In this document: positions 1 through 12,990 of the stretch, one piece after another
How positions within the stretch are numbered: the stretch's first letter is position 1
How the letters are laid out: every line of letters starts with the position of its first letter
NCBI RefSeq assembly: GCF_006345805.1
Contig: NC_043001.1
Coordinates: 75,826,001-75,890,000, forward strand
DNA from: Octopus sinensis
Lineage: Eukaryota
Length of the DNA stretch: 64,000 bases
Direction: 5' to 3'
Notes under the pieces: generated by a model
Told to the model about the DNA's origin: nothing
The model's database searches: none
What the model saw: the letters and a program-made list of their open reading frames with translations, nothing else
Position numbers and translations under genes: made by a program

Positions 1-135
1 CTGTGTGGTTAAGAAGTTCACTTCGAAATCACTGGGTTTCAGACTCAATTCCACTGCATAGCACCTTGGACAAGTGTTTTTTTCTATATTGCCCAACCTA
101 ACCATTGCTTAGTGAATGAATATGGAACCCATCGT
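1..135 (+). mobile_element. tRNA-derived SINE, family A, degenerate 5' part
   Basis: Matches the head and 'gcaccttgggcaagtgt' body of the family A copies at 12587, 58590 and 60665. Confidence 0.7.
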
Positions 136-144
136 GCAAGTATG

Positions 145-185
<41 letters not shown>

Positions 186-192
186 TATATAT

Positions 193-376
193 GTAGGTCC
201 CGGGTTGATTCGGGGTTAACCACAGTAAATAAGGTACTCAATACATAGCAGAGTAAAATTAATTTATTATATAGAAGGAGCTTCTACAGGACTAGAACTG
301 TTTCATTCAAGAGAAATCATCAGAGCTTCCTGATGATTTCTCTTGAATGAATCAGTTCTAGTCCTGTAGAAGCTCC

Positions 377-385
<9 letters not shown>
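193..385. mobile_element. Hammerhead-bearing asymmetric palindrome (Penelope-like pLTR or retrozyme derivative), unit 0
   Basis: Arms 268-323 and 330-385 are reverse complements around the loop agcttc. Unique tail 193-267 on the left arm only. (TA)n on both sides. Confidence 0.75.
323..375 (+). ncRNA. Type I hammerhead ribozyme with A15.1U core change
   Basis: GAGCUUC-CUGAUGA-UUUC(UCUU)GAAU-GAAU-CAG(UUCUAGUC)CUG-UA/GAAGCUC, with a 7-bp stem I. The minus-strand mirror keeps GAAAC but lacks the 5' strand of stem I. Confidence 0.7.
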
Positions 386-449
<64 letters not shown>

Positions 450-469
450 TATATATATATAATATATAT

Positions 470-592
<123 letters not shown>

Positions 593-607
593 TGTATGTG
601 TGTGTGT

Positions 608-927
608 GCGTGTGTGGCTTAGTTGTTAGGGTATTCGGCTTACGATCGTAAGGCCGTGAGTTCAATTCCCGATGACGCGTTGTGTCATCGAACACGACAC
701 TTTATTTCTCGTTGCTTAGGTCCACTTAGCTGGCAAAAATTAGTAGTACCTGTATTTCAAAGGGTCAGTCTTGTCACTCTGTGTCACGCTAAATTTCTCT
801 GAGAACTACATTAAGGGTGCACGTGTATGTGGAGTACTCAGCCACTTACACGTTAATTTCACGAGGAGGCTATTCCGTTGATCGGATCAACTGGAATGCT
901 TGTCGTCGTAACCGACGGAGTGCCAGT
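608..927 (+). mobile_element. tRNA-derived SINE, family C
   Basis: A/B-box-like head (tggcttagttgttagg ... gagttcaattcc). Body and tail shared with 56450-56700. Confidence 0.75.
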
Positions 928-940
928 TTCGTTTTATATA

Positions 941-1901
941 CAGTGGCGAGCAAAAATAAGGGGAACGATTAATATTTTATCAAATGTCAGAAAAGCTAGT
1001 GAACGTACAAATTCGTAATTGGTTTCCTAAACACGGTAAACCATTGGCTAAATTCTCTGAAAAATCTTAAATTTGTAAACGGTCTTAATAAAATTTGATA
1101 AACACTAACACTAGTTTCGTCCAAATGTCTCATATGCAAAATGAGAGAACGATTAGATTCTTTCAGGAATTTCTGGACATTTCAAACATTGTTTACATTT
1201 GCAGGCTCATCGTTACTACCGTTTCAGTATTGTGCTAGCTTCCGAGCATGGCGCACCACGCTAAAGTTACTCCAGACCTCCGAAAAGAAATTGTCAGGAT
1301 GAAAGTTTCAGGGATGACCCACTCGGCTATTTCACGAGACGTAAGGAGATCTAAGAGTGTAGTTTCACGTGATCTTAAGCTCTATAAAGAAACTAAAGGT
1401 TTTGAACAGAAAAAGGCAACTGGCAGACCACGCAAAACCACCATGCGAGATATTCGAGCCATAAAACGGTACGTATTGAAGGATCCTTTTCATGCAAGAT
1501 GTCATACTGCAAACAGTGTTACTGAATTCTTTAGTGAACAAAATATCCAAGTAATGAAGTGGCCAGCACAAAGTCCAGACTTGAATCCAATTGAGAAAAG
1601 GTCTACGAACATCATACTAACTGTATTAAATTTATATTTACATTTCTTTCTATCATTTTGAGTTAATTGAAGCATGTTTTGGTTTGATCGTTCTCTTATT
1701 TTGCACATGAGACATTCGGACGAAACTAGTATTAGTGTTATTAACTTTTATTAAGACCATTGTCCAAACTTAGATTTTTCACAGAATTTAGCTAATGGCT
1801 AACCGTATTTACGAAACCAATTGCGAATTTGAACGTTTACTAGCTTTTCGAAATTAAAAAAAATATTAATCATTCTCTTTTTTTTTTTTTGCTTGCTACT
1901 G
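941..1901 (+). mobile_element. Internally deleted Tc1-like DNA transposon with long TIRs (about 225 bp)
   Basis: TIRs 941-1170 and 1685-1901 (cagtggcgagc / gcttgctactg), TA at 939-940 and 1902-1903, transposase remnant inside. Confidence 0.9.
1248..1661 (+). pseudogene. Tc1 transposase deletion derivative: HTH and GRPRKT joined in frame to WPAQSPDLNPIE
   Basis: Translation shows the N-terminal DNA-binding region, GRPRKTT, then HTANSVTEFF...WPAQSPDLNPIE. The first two catalytic aspartate regions are absent. Confidence 0.85.
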
Positions 1902-2719
1902 TATATACAATGTACTGTTCAGTGATAGTAACTTCAGCAAAAAGAAGTACTCCATCTGGTGAGAGATAAATATTATTTGATAGACAAAATGCGTTATTAT
2001 GTGCTACTAATAGTTTCATATGTTGAGAAATGCCTCAAAGATATTCGTCAGGTACAAAGCACATATCATAACGAACTAAAAATTGAATGAGAGAAGAAAC
2101 ACAAAAAGTTGAGAAGGAAGCATATAAAAAACGTGGAATGTTAAAAAACGGAAAGCGATAAAGTAAAAAATAAAAAATATAAAAGGTACAAGATTTAGCC
2201 TCCTTAGACCTTAAATTATAAGGCTGAAAAGATATATGTGTCTGCTTTTATTAACAGTATAACCCTCTCAAAATACAACTGTATGAAATGCAATTTATCA
2301 ATTAGATAGTAGAAGCCAGCGCTTAATTACTAATGCAATTAAACCTGGTCTTCGCTTGTCTTTTTTTTCTTTCTCGGGAGCATAACTTGAAATGCAGGTA
2401 TAGAAACCCAAAAGTTAAATCACAGAAGATTTCGACAGAAATTTGAATCGAGCATAGCTGATTAGAATACTGTAGTTGATAGCATAAAATATGCACAGGC
2501 ATATTACTCACGCAAATTTAGGAAAGAAAAGTATGTAGAAGATTTATTGGAGGTCCAACGTCACACATAGCATCTGGGGTAATTTTTTAAAAATATCCAT
2601 TGAAAAAAATAGAACGCGTCATATATGCCATCAAATAGAAAATCTTTACCGCTAAATAAATCATTATTTTATCATGGAAGGTTTATCAAAAATTGGAAAG
2701 TAAATGCTTGAGTAACTTA

Positions 2720-2894
2720 CCGTATCATCTGGCATACAAGTCGACGTAGCATATAGTGTAAACATATAGTGTAAATATTCAAATATCAGCTGCATTTCAG
2801 AAGGAATTTTTGGTCCCCTTAAGTCGTCTTGGTCTACCATTTTTCGCAGTAAATTTTGGTCTGAAAAATTCGACTTGCATGCCAGAAAATATGG
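2720..2894. mobile_element. MITE, Tc1/pogo-type TIRs
   Basis: TIRs of about 26 bp (ccgtatcatctggcatacaagtcgac versus ttcgacttgcatgccagaaaatatgg) with TA on both sides. Confidence 0.6.
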
Positions 2895-4743
2895 TATTTA
2901 CATTTTATAACACTGCAAATAAAGAGTTAATGAGTAGAACATGTTATAGATGATGGAGTGTAGTGCGTTCGAGTGCCGAGACTAACGACGTGGTAAAAAC
3001 AAACGGAACAGGTGAAGAGGAAAATTGTTAAGATGTGTTGAGTGAAAGCCGTGTGAACTGTAAGCTGCTTTCTCTTCCTCCACCATACACACATGCCACT
3101 CTCGAATGGTAATAGATCTAACAAAGATCTTCTGTTTCCAATCGTAGATTCATAGATTAATTGACTGAAACGTTTATTTATCCTATTTCAATGAGTTCGT
3201 TCACGCACGTGCCAGTCAGGGCTTTCCTCGCTATCTCTTTCTGTTGTTATATTGCTTGAAAAATATGCTTACTTGAAAGTTAATGATATAAACTGTAAGC
3301 TTATACACACCGGAGTTGTATGTGTGTATATATGCATGTATGTATGTATGTATGTATGTATGTATGTATGTATGTATGTATGTATGTATGTATGTATGTA
3401 TGTGTGTGTAGGTAGGTAAGTAGGTGTACATGTATATAAGTATGCATGTATGTATGTATGCATGCATGCATGTATGTATGTATGTATATGTGTGTGCACG
3501 TATATGTATGTACGTAGGTGTGGATGCATGCATATATGTTTGAACGTATGTATATGTATGGATGTATCTATATAGTATCTATGTGTGTGTGAGTGTATGT
3601 GTCGGTTTGTGAGTGGATGGGTAGTTGAATATACATATGTATGCATGTATGTATGAATGTACGCATGTATATATGTCTATATGTAAGTGTGTATGTATAT
3701 GAATGTGTATATGTATGTACGTACATATGTATATATGCGTGTATGTAGTCTGTATGTATATCTGCATGAATGTATGCATATATGTACGTAAGTACATGAG
3801 TATATAAATGTGTATATTTATGTATGTATGTATGTATTTATGTACATATGTATACGTATGTATGCCTGCATATGTATGTATATTGACTAGACTCAGCCCA
3901 CCAATAAGTTTGAATGCGGAGAGAAGATTGGGAGAATAACGTTGTTTATAGTTATTTTGACAATAGTCAAATTCTTTTATATCGGTTATATTTACCGAAA
4001 TATCGGTAACTCCGTGTATTAACTTATTTCAACAAGCTCTGTTCCTTCGAACGAAACATATGAGAACAAAGAAAATTACTTTGGTAATTTTAAGGAATAT
4101 GGTGGGAACTGTTGAAGGTATTGAATTAAGGGGTGATGACAGAAGAGTCATGTGTCCGATGACAAAGAAATACAATTTAAAAAAAGAAAATGAAAGAAAT
4201 GGAAAAGAAAATATAAATAAACAAGAGTTTGATGTGGTGCAAATATATGAGTCAGCCACAAAACAGGAATGGCGCTTGGGAAGGACTGAAATAGAAAACG
4301 GAAAACAATAAGAAGAAAAAAGAAAAGCTAAGAAAAGAAAGATAGTTTAAAAAACTGGTAGGAAAAAATAAGATAAGGATGAAGAAATGTAGAGGGAAGC
4401 AGGGAGAAACAGGAGTAAAGAAGTGACAAAACAAATTAAAGATGGCCGTAATGTTTGAGTGATTGGATGTGAAGTTTAAACAAATGAAAATATGAAGTAA
4501 ATTATTTTTAATGGTGGAACTCAAAGAAAATATATCTATACATAATAGCGTGTAGAATATTGGGTTAAAAAACACCTTGGATGGGAAAAAATGTCGATTT
4601 TTTTTCCTTCATACAAATCTTTGTAACCTAATATTCCTAACCATATTAATTGTAATTTTGAATTCCAACATTGAAAATTATATACGTCGTATCTCCCCAA
4701 CCTACTAAATTCTTAAAATGTAAGTTTTTATATACGTGCATGT

Positions 4744-4816
<73 letters not shown>

Positions 4817-4977
4817 TCGAGACTCCGATAAAGCTGTAAGGTATTATTCAGGCACTCAATTATGAGTCCACGGCATCTTGTAGCAGAAACAGCTGTAAGG
4901 TAATGAAGTTCATAACATAATCGTTTTTTCCTATGGCATCTCATTTTCTTAAACACACATACACACACACACATAAA

Positions 4978-5086
4978 CAGTAGAACCTCAATTTATGAAC
5001 GCCTCTGATCACAAATAAATCGTGCTTTACATATATCTATATCTATATCTATCTATCTGTCTGTCTGTCTCTCTCTCTCTCTTTCT

Positions 5087-5117
<31 letters not shown>

Positions 5118-5149
5118 GCACGATTTGTTCGAAAACCGAGGTACTACTG
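4978..5149. mobile_element. Tigger/pogo-like MITE with internal microsatellite
   Basis: cagtagaacctcaatttatgaac versus the reverse complement cagtagtacctcggttttcgaac. Confidence 0.45.
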
Positions 5150-6649
5150 TATATGTATGTAGGTATGTATGTTTTTAAACCCAAATTTTATATTCTATTA
5201 ATCACAGCTTTATGTGATGTATTCCAAATACGAATTATTTCACGTTCACTCGAAAGTTTATAAAAGTTATGACGTCAACAATGTGTGTAGGGGGCGAGGT
5301 GTATCCGTACAAACTATTCATTGGTCGTTTTATATCATGGTAAGAGAGAAAAATCTTCTTGCCAAAAGTCAGAGTTAGATGGAATTGAATGTATCATCCA
5401 GACGTTTTTCATTTTATGCATTCATTTACTTGAATTTACCTTTCTTTTTCATTTCATCTATCATATAAAGTCTTTAATATCAATACGCAACTGCGAAGCT
5501 ATTTCTAACTTGTCCATCGTAAACATAAAAAGAAAAAAATCATCCCTCACAGTCGCTTACCACTGAGGATGGACGCATATCGATATTTCAATATACACAG
5601 AGCTGAATGAAACAAGGTTTTCTTCGTCTGTAATTTTGACCAAAGTTTTGTGAAACACGAGAACAACATTGGATATTTTGGAAAGAAAAAGTTAAAAGGA
5701 AATTTCTGTTCTTATTTTTAACTAATGAGCTGGGTTCTTCGCCGTTAGGGAATTACTTTGGAAACAGAACTTTGTTGACTTTAACAGATAAAACTAGCAG
5801 TTCTCTGATAGTTGGCAAGTTTATATAGGAATTAGTGTTTCTGCTACGTTGGTTGAAGACATGTCTCAAGCAACAGTCTCGTTAGTTGTGTTTGCTTAAA
5901 CACAAGCTTGGGTGGACCCGGTCCTTTAATTAGCTGTTGAAAAACTTGCAATTTCTGCTGCGGATGATAATGATGTTGATGCTGCTGTTGTTATTATTGT
6001 TTCTGTTACTGAGTGTGTCGTTTTTGTTGTTTTATAAGTAGGTAACGAGTCAGTTACGGTTGTCTTCAAAATAAATTTAAGAACTGACCCACCCTTAAAC
6101 AAAGTGCTAGGGGGTCGTTATATTTCTTCGACATACGCACACATACATACACACAAACAGACACACAGACACAAAGACACAAACACACATACACACACAC
6201 ACGCAAATATATATATATATTTATGTCTATGTGTGTATGTGTGTTTACTTCTCTGTGTGCGACTTCCGTCGATTCTGTTAAGCTTAACATATAAAGTTCT
6301 GTTGTGTCTGGGGAGAGTCATTTTTTTTGTGCCTCATAATTTAACACAATGACTATTGAAAAAGTTGCAAGACGCGACGAAAATTTTAGGAAAATAGAAA
6401 TAAGAAATAAGTGGAAACTTTACCGGTACGTGTGTTAAATCATAAGGCACAAAAAGAAAATGACTCTCCCCAGATACAACAGAATATGCTTCAATACACG
6501 AACTCATATAAAGAATCTTGCAAACCAAAACGAAATACATTAAGATATAAAATTCAACGGAAAAGCTGAAAAATGGATGCTGTAACAACGGAGTCCCTTG
6601 CATCGAGTTAGCTAAGCTCAGTGATTCACCAGTATTTGGTATATATATA

Positions 6650-7070
6650 TAGCTTACTTACTAACCACATGGTTCTGGGTTCAGTCCCATAGGCGCAGGT
6701 GGGACTGTGTGGTAAGTAGCTTGCTTATCAACCACATGGTTCCGGGTTCAGTCCCACTGCGTGGCACATTGGGCAAGTGTCTTTTACTATAGCCTTGGGC
6801 CGACCAAGGTCTTGCGAGTGGATTTGGTAGAGGAAAACTGAAAGAAGCACATCATATGTGTGTGTGTTTGTCCTCCCACCATCGCTTGACAACCGATGCT
6901 GGTGTGTTTACATCCCCGTTTCTTAGCGGTTCGGCAAAAGTACCGATAGAACAAGTACTAGGCTTTAAAAGAATAAGTCCTAGGGTCTCGATTTGTACGA
7001 CTGAATGTGGTGCTCCAGCATGGCCGCAATCAAATGACTGAAACAATAGAAGGAATAAAAGAATAAAAGG
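6650..7070 (+). mobile_element. SINE family A, near full length, preceded by a duplicated head fragment
   Basis: 'accacatggttc(t/c)gggttcagtccca' occurs twice (about 6666 and 6731). Body and tail match 12587-12990. Confidence 0.85.
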
Positions 7071-7092
7071 ATATATATACATATATATATAT

Positions 7093-7290
7093 GTGTTAAA
7101 ATTTAGAACAAACAGTAAAAGGTTGTCATTATACTACTCGGAGTTTCAAATGTCGGAGCGAAGACCTACAATACATTCTCGTTGGCTATTTATGATAATA
7201 AACGAGAATGTATCGCAGCTCTTCGCGCCAACATTTGAAATTCCGAGTACTATGATGACAACCTTTTACTGTTGGTCCTAAATTATAGCA
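7093..7290. mobile_element. Palindromic MITE with arms of about 90 bp
   Basis: acagtaaaaggttgtcattatactactcggagtttcaaatgt... mirrored by ...acatttgaaattccgagtactatgatgacaaccttttactgt; TA-rich flanks. Confidence 0.7.
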
Positions 7291-7584
7291 TATATAAATG
7301 ACCCTCTTTTTCTCTAATATCAAGGTCTCGTTCTTTTGTTGTTACTTTTTATTATATATATTACATGGAGCATAAACAATACAGAAAACTAAGAAAATAA
7401 TGCATAGAATTTTTAACTCGACAGCTGTTTCTAGGAGTTCGATGCCATGTGTGCATGTAGATTTGCAAGTATTATGTGTATTTATATATGTACGTAAGTT
7501 TGAATGTATGTATATATGTATGTATGTACGTATGTATGTTGTATCTTCTGGATTTATGTTATTCGTTATAATATTTTTTTCCAG

Positions 7585-7736
7585 AATCCAAGCCGGTCGT
7601 TAACAAAGTGACAACGCTCTTTTATTCATTTCAAGAGGCTCTTGTGGTTTGTGGTTACCTGAATAAGCTGATGTTTGCATATATGTGTATTGATGTTCTG
7701 TCAATATGGTTGTGCATGGGGATAAAATTCGTACAC
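7585..7736 (+). CDS. Candidate exon 1 of unidentified gene (phase 1 to 0), SKPVVNKVTTLFYSFQEALVVCGYLNKLMFAYMCIDVLSIWLCMGIKFVH
   Basis: Acceptor tttttttccag|, donor CAC|gtgagt, 50 open codons in AT-rich sequence. No protein family recognised. Confidence 0.3.
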
Positions 7737-8208
7737 GTGAGTCTGTGTGATAGAATAGAACACAATATGTCTTTCATTTAACGTTTATGTGTATATGTGC
7801 ATATGTATTCTAAATGTATAATCATTATATATAAGTATCTATGTATGCATGTATGGATGTAACGTATGTATGTGTGTGTGTTGTGTATGTGTGCGTGTGT
7901 TGTGTATTTCTCTGCTTGTGTGGTGACGGCATGTACATATGAATTAGGGCAGTTTTATCGAGAATTTGAAGTTTACCCTTTCTACAATGGGTTATAGGTA
8001 ATGGGCGTAAGGAAATAAATTAGCCTGAGAGAGTCAGAAAATCAAAAGAGAAACAAGAAAACAACTTGGATTCAACAGAGCGTGCGCAAGGTTTTTCATT
8101 TATTTTATTTTATAATTTATTTTATCTTGTTTTATTAGAAAATTAGGTTCCCAGAATGTTTTTAAAACTTGCAAAATGAAAGTTAAAGCAAAAAATAAAT
8201 AAAACAAA

Positions 8209-8247
<39 letters not shown>

Positions 8248-8590
8248 AACAAGACATCAACAGACATGGACGTCTGTTTTAAAAACAGGCCAAAATATAT
8301 AACATGTATGGTACAGATTGAGAAGGGAACTTACAAAACTTGGAATAATAAATATTCGTTTTCTGGAGATGAAACGAAGAGATACGATGTGAGGAGGAAT
8401 TGACTACTATTTTTAGCAGATCATTTACCACGTAGGGACTTCCTTGCTGGATCGAGCAGATTGTGTTTTTAGTTGGTAGTGTTGAGTTCCATAAAAAGCC
8501 ATGGGTTGTACAGATATATCCATGTATAATTTATCCAGCAAACGTTGCTTGTAATCTTCATTCACTTAAATAAAATGTTGCAAGCAATAG

Positions 8591-8623
<33 letters not shown>

Positions 8624-8672
8624 TAATAATAATAATAATGATAATAATAATAATAATATAATGATAATGATG

Positions 8673-8742
<70 letters not shown>

Positions 8743-8743
<1 letters not shown>

Positions 8744-8958
8744 CGCAGCGAACTGGTAGATTCGTTAGCACGCAGGACAAAATTCTTAGAAGCATTTTGC
8801 CCGCCTATTACGTTCTGAGTTCAAATTCTGCCGCGGTTAATTTTGTATTTCATACTTTCGGGGGTGGTAAAATAAGTACCAGTTGAGTACTGGGGTCGAT
8901 GTAATCGATTTATCCTCTCCTCGGAAACTGCCGGCCTTGTGCCAAAATTTGAAACCAT
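8743..8958 (+). mobile_element. tRNA-derived SINE, family B
   Basis: Head gcgaactggtagattcgttagc and body 'ctttcatactttcggggtggtaaaataagtaccagttgagtactggggtcgatgtaatcga', shared with many copies. Confidence 0.8.
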
Positions 8959-9421
8959 TATCTTACAAGTAAAAGAAAGCGTTTTAAACATCTTTGACTA
9001 GTTTGAATTCATGTAAATGAATATATTTCGAAAGATGCTTTACCATTGTTTATATCTCTATATAATAATCCTTTCAACAATAGGCGCGAGACCTCAAATT
9101 CCGTGAAGGTGGGGCGAACTTGTCGCTTGACTGTACTTATTTCATCGACTCTAAAAGGATGTAAGGCAAAGTCAGCCTCGACTGAAATTAAACTCAGAAC
9201 TTCAGCACAAGAGTCAATCTAATCGACTTAGCACATCCCCCAAATTGTTGGCATTGTGCCAAAATTAGAAACCAATATGTATGTTCCATTCAAATTTTAA
9301 ACAGTGACATTTCACTGCAAATACGCTTCACTTCAGTCTCATATAAGACAAATATGAAGCCGAAATCAGTATCAACTGATTCATTTAAATTGATGTTTCT
9401 CAGCTATTATTTCCCTTACAG

Positions 9422-9447
9422 ATCTCTTCAATTCCTGCATTACTAGG
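9422..9447 (+). CDS. Candidate micro-exon (phase 0 to 2), ISSIPALL(G)
   Basis: Acceptor ttatttcccttacag|, donor AGG|gtgaga. Phases fit both neighbouring candidates. Confidence 0.25.
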
Positions 9448-10068
9448 GTGAGATCCTTATAGATATTCGATGTTTAAAAAATCCTATTCCATTTTTTTAA
9501 TTAAGTATTTTTAGGGATTGTATTTTTAAAAATTGCTGAAATATTTTGTGTATTATAGAGGTATAATAAATTTATTACACATAAATCTTATATAGATCCC
9601 CACGAGCTTTATGGATCCCCAGTCCAGAAGCATTGATTTAAATGGTTATTAAATAGAGTAACCATTAAAGTACCATCATTTTCACCTAACACACTTTTAA
9701 ACCAGTCACAATCAACCTTTCTCATAATTTATCCACAAATTTTATCAAAGCTGTATCCTGAAATTCAAAACTTACACATTATAATACACACAAAGATACA
9801 TGAAAATATCTAAGGTTAGGGTTTGGACAATATTTGTACTGTTCAAGTTATGTTAACATAATGCATTTTATATGCAAATGAATCTAGATAATCAAATAGC
9901 TCTGTTACACTGTTGGAGGGAGCTACATTGTCAAGGAAACCCTAAGAGTTTAAGTAAATATTAATGTCTGTTAGTGCAAGCTTTGTTAGGTGTTTTAAGG
10001 AAGAGAGAGGAACAGTCAGAAATAGATTGACATACATACAGAAAGACAGACAGACAAAAAGAAAGAAG

Positions 10069-10198
<130 letters not shown>

Positions 10199-10852
10199 CA
10201 GACAGTCAGACAGGCAGGCAGGCAGGCAGGCAGGCAGACAGACAGACAGAAAGATAAAGCGAAACCAAGAGAGAAATAGAGACCGAAATGGGGTGGAGAG
10301 ACGTTGATGCATTTGGTAAGTAAAGACTATTTATTTTATTTATTTTTGTATTTATGCGTACATGTGTTTGGTGGGGACTATATTTGTGTGTTTGTCTAGT
10401 ATTTAAATTATTTAGTAAAATCCATACCATTTGATTACTTTTTTACATTATATGCGTCCCGCTTCATTTTTAATTACAGCTAACCTTCTCGTGGCCAAAC
10501 ATTAATTCTTTTCCTATATGAAAAATTCTCATTTCTGATTTGCAAGCACTTTGAGAATGTACTAAACTGAATAAACGTTTTTCCATAGATGACTTGCAAT
10601 ACAAAGATCAGACTGCCATTTCCCTAAGCATGTAAATTGGGGAATAGATTCTTGATTTAATGAAATTAACTTCTCTTTCTTCAGAGTTACTTTCCATCTC
10701 CCACTCAAAGGAGAAATCTCAAAAAAATATCAATTTATGCCGCATTGTATTCGGTACATCACCCTCTAGATAATCTATCTCAATTCTCGCCTCTAAACCA
10801 TGTGACTTATTTCTCATAGCAATGTATGTATACACACACACACACACACATA

Positions 10853-11981
10853 CGCGGGCGACTGAAAAGTTCATAGGCTGACCAAAATACATTCATGAAA
10901 TGTGACCAAATGAGGTTTATTTTTCAACATAGTCACCCTTACAGTTCACAAACTCTTTCCATCGGATGTTGTAGTGCTTGGATCCCTTTGGTGAAGAAGC
11001 TTTCATCCTGTTACACAACGAAGTCATCTACATCAGATATGACGTCATCATCACTGCGTTACTGGTTCCCAATCAAGTATTTTTTCATGTTAGGGGACAG
11101 ATGATTATCAGATGGGACCAAATCAGGAGAATAGAGAGGCTAACCAGCCAGTTCAAAGCTACAATCATGCACAACAGTCATTGAAACCAAGGGAACATTG
11201 TCCCGATGAAACAAGTCACCAAGTTGGCATAGTATTTTCCATTGATGATTTGGTTCTTTTGAAGATAGTCAATAAACACAATACTTTTTGCATTCCAAAA
11301 AACTGAGGCTATCACCTCTGAAGATTAAACGACATTAGTCTTCTTTGGAACAGTGGAGCAGGTGAGGATAGTTATTTCCGCAGGATGGATTGCCTCTTTG
11401 TCTCTAGATCAAAGTGATGAAGCGAACACTCGTCCTGGCTTAAGAAACATTCAAGGATACCAAGTTGGATCTGCGTCAAACAATTCAGATTTTCGGATGA
11501 TGTGATCAGCCTGGTGTGCTTTTGATCAGGTATCAGATGTAACACCTACCGAGAAGAAACATTAATTATGCCAAGTTCATTGTGCAGAATATCCTCAGCT
11601 CTCTCACGAGAATTGCTAATAGCAGTGACCATTTGATTTATAGTCAATCGCCTATCCTCCATCAGCATGTGGTAAACAGGATCAATTTTTTCTTCGGTAA
11701 AGAGTTATCCTCTAATGTAGAAATCATGTGAGTATGAATGTTCCTGGGGGCTACACACTTATACAGCTGGTAATTGTTAACAGTACGATACTAAATTTTG
11801 TCCATTTTCAAGAGAAAGTGTTACTAGTTACTTTTGAAGTCTACTTCAAAGTGTCATGCGTTAGTTTACCTGGAAAGAAACACTGCAGTAGTTAGTAAGA
11901 TATGAAATTGATGATTGCAAGATTTCACAACTCTAGCATACTCCTTCATATTTGGCCTATGAACTTTTTTAGCCACTTTTG
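10853..11981 (-). mobile_element. Degenerate mariner (DD34D-type) element
   Basis: TIRs (cgcgggcgactgaaaagttcataggc / gcctatgaacttttttagccacttttg) with TA flanks. Minus strand reads PLYSPDLVPSD...MKKYL..N..RSDDDVIS..., interrupted by stops and frameshifts. Confidence 0.85.
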
Positions 11982-12586
11982 TATATACATACATGTATTC
12001 ATTCATCCGTCCATCCATGCATACACATATACATACGAACAACTACATACGTATATATATATATATATTAACAGCATGGACTATAAGAAGCAAGAACTGA
12101 TACGAGGACGAAAAGTCGCTGAAGAGGTCACATAAGTGTGACGAGCAATGGACGGGAGTTAAAATACGAAGAATAATAAACGAGTGTAGTGACATGCAGT
12201 GAGATCATATGTATCGTTGATTGTGATGTCATGAAAGAGAAAAATCTAGGTTTTCTTTGATGTTCCCGAGGGAGAATTTAGCTAAGTGTTGGCAAATAGA
12301 AATTAGCTCGATTGTTTTTAAAATTAGAAGATGGTGTTGGAGAGTGTTTCTTGAAGACAAATTGGACTTTTCTTTGATCCATTCTTAAACGCCTCCGTTT
12401 ATCTGTTATTTAGTACGTTACGTTCGTGGTCACGCCTTTGTTTCGCTATTTTTAAATGGACTTCGATATCATTAAAATACTTTTAATAAACTTATTTATT
12501 TCGGGTAGAATTGAGAGTATATGTAACTAGCTTCGATAGGAAACCTACAGAACGGTACATGACGGTAAATAACGATATATATATAT

Positions 12587-12990
12587 AGGAGTGGCTGTGT
12601 GGTAAATAGCTTGCTTACCAACAACATGGTTCCGGGTTCAGTCCTAATGCGTGGCACCTTGGGCAAGTGTCTTCTACTATAGCCTCGGGTCGACCAAAGC
12701 CTTGTTAGTGGATTTGGTAGACAGAAACTGAAAGACGCCCGTCGTATATATGTATATATATGTGTGTGTGTTTGTGTGTCTTTGTTTATCCCCCAACATC
12801 GCTTGACAACCGATGCTGGTGTGTTTACGTCCCCCGTAACTTAGCGGTTCGGCAAAAGAGACCGATAGAATAAGTACTAGGCTTACAAAGAATAAGTCCT
12901 GGGGGTCAATTTCCTCGACTAAAGGCGGTGCCCCAGCATGGCCGCAGTCAAATGACTGAAACAAGTAAAAGAGTAAAAGAGTAAAAGATA
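12587..12990 (+). mobile_element. SINE family A, full length
   Basis: Head ggagtggctgtgtggtaaatagcttgc, B-box ggttcagtcc, tail (aagagtaa)n. Confidence 0.9.

Noticed and set aside
12119-12150. CUGAAGA followed by a 6-bp hairpin
   Set aside because: Followed by GAGC rather than GAAA, and no stem I or III pairing.
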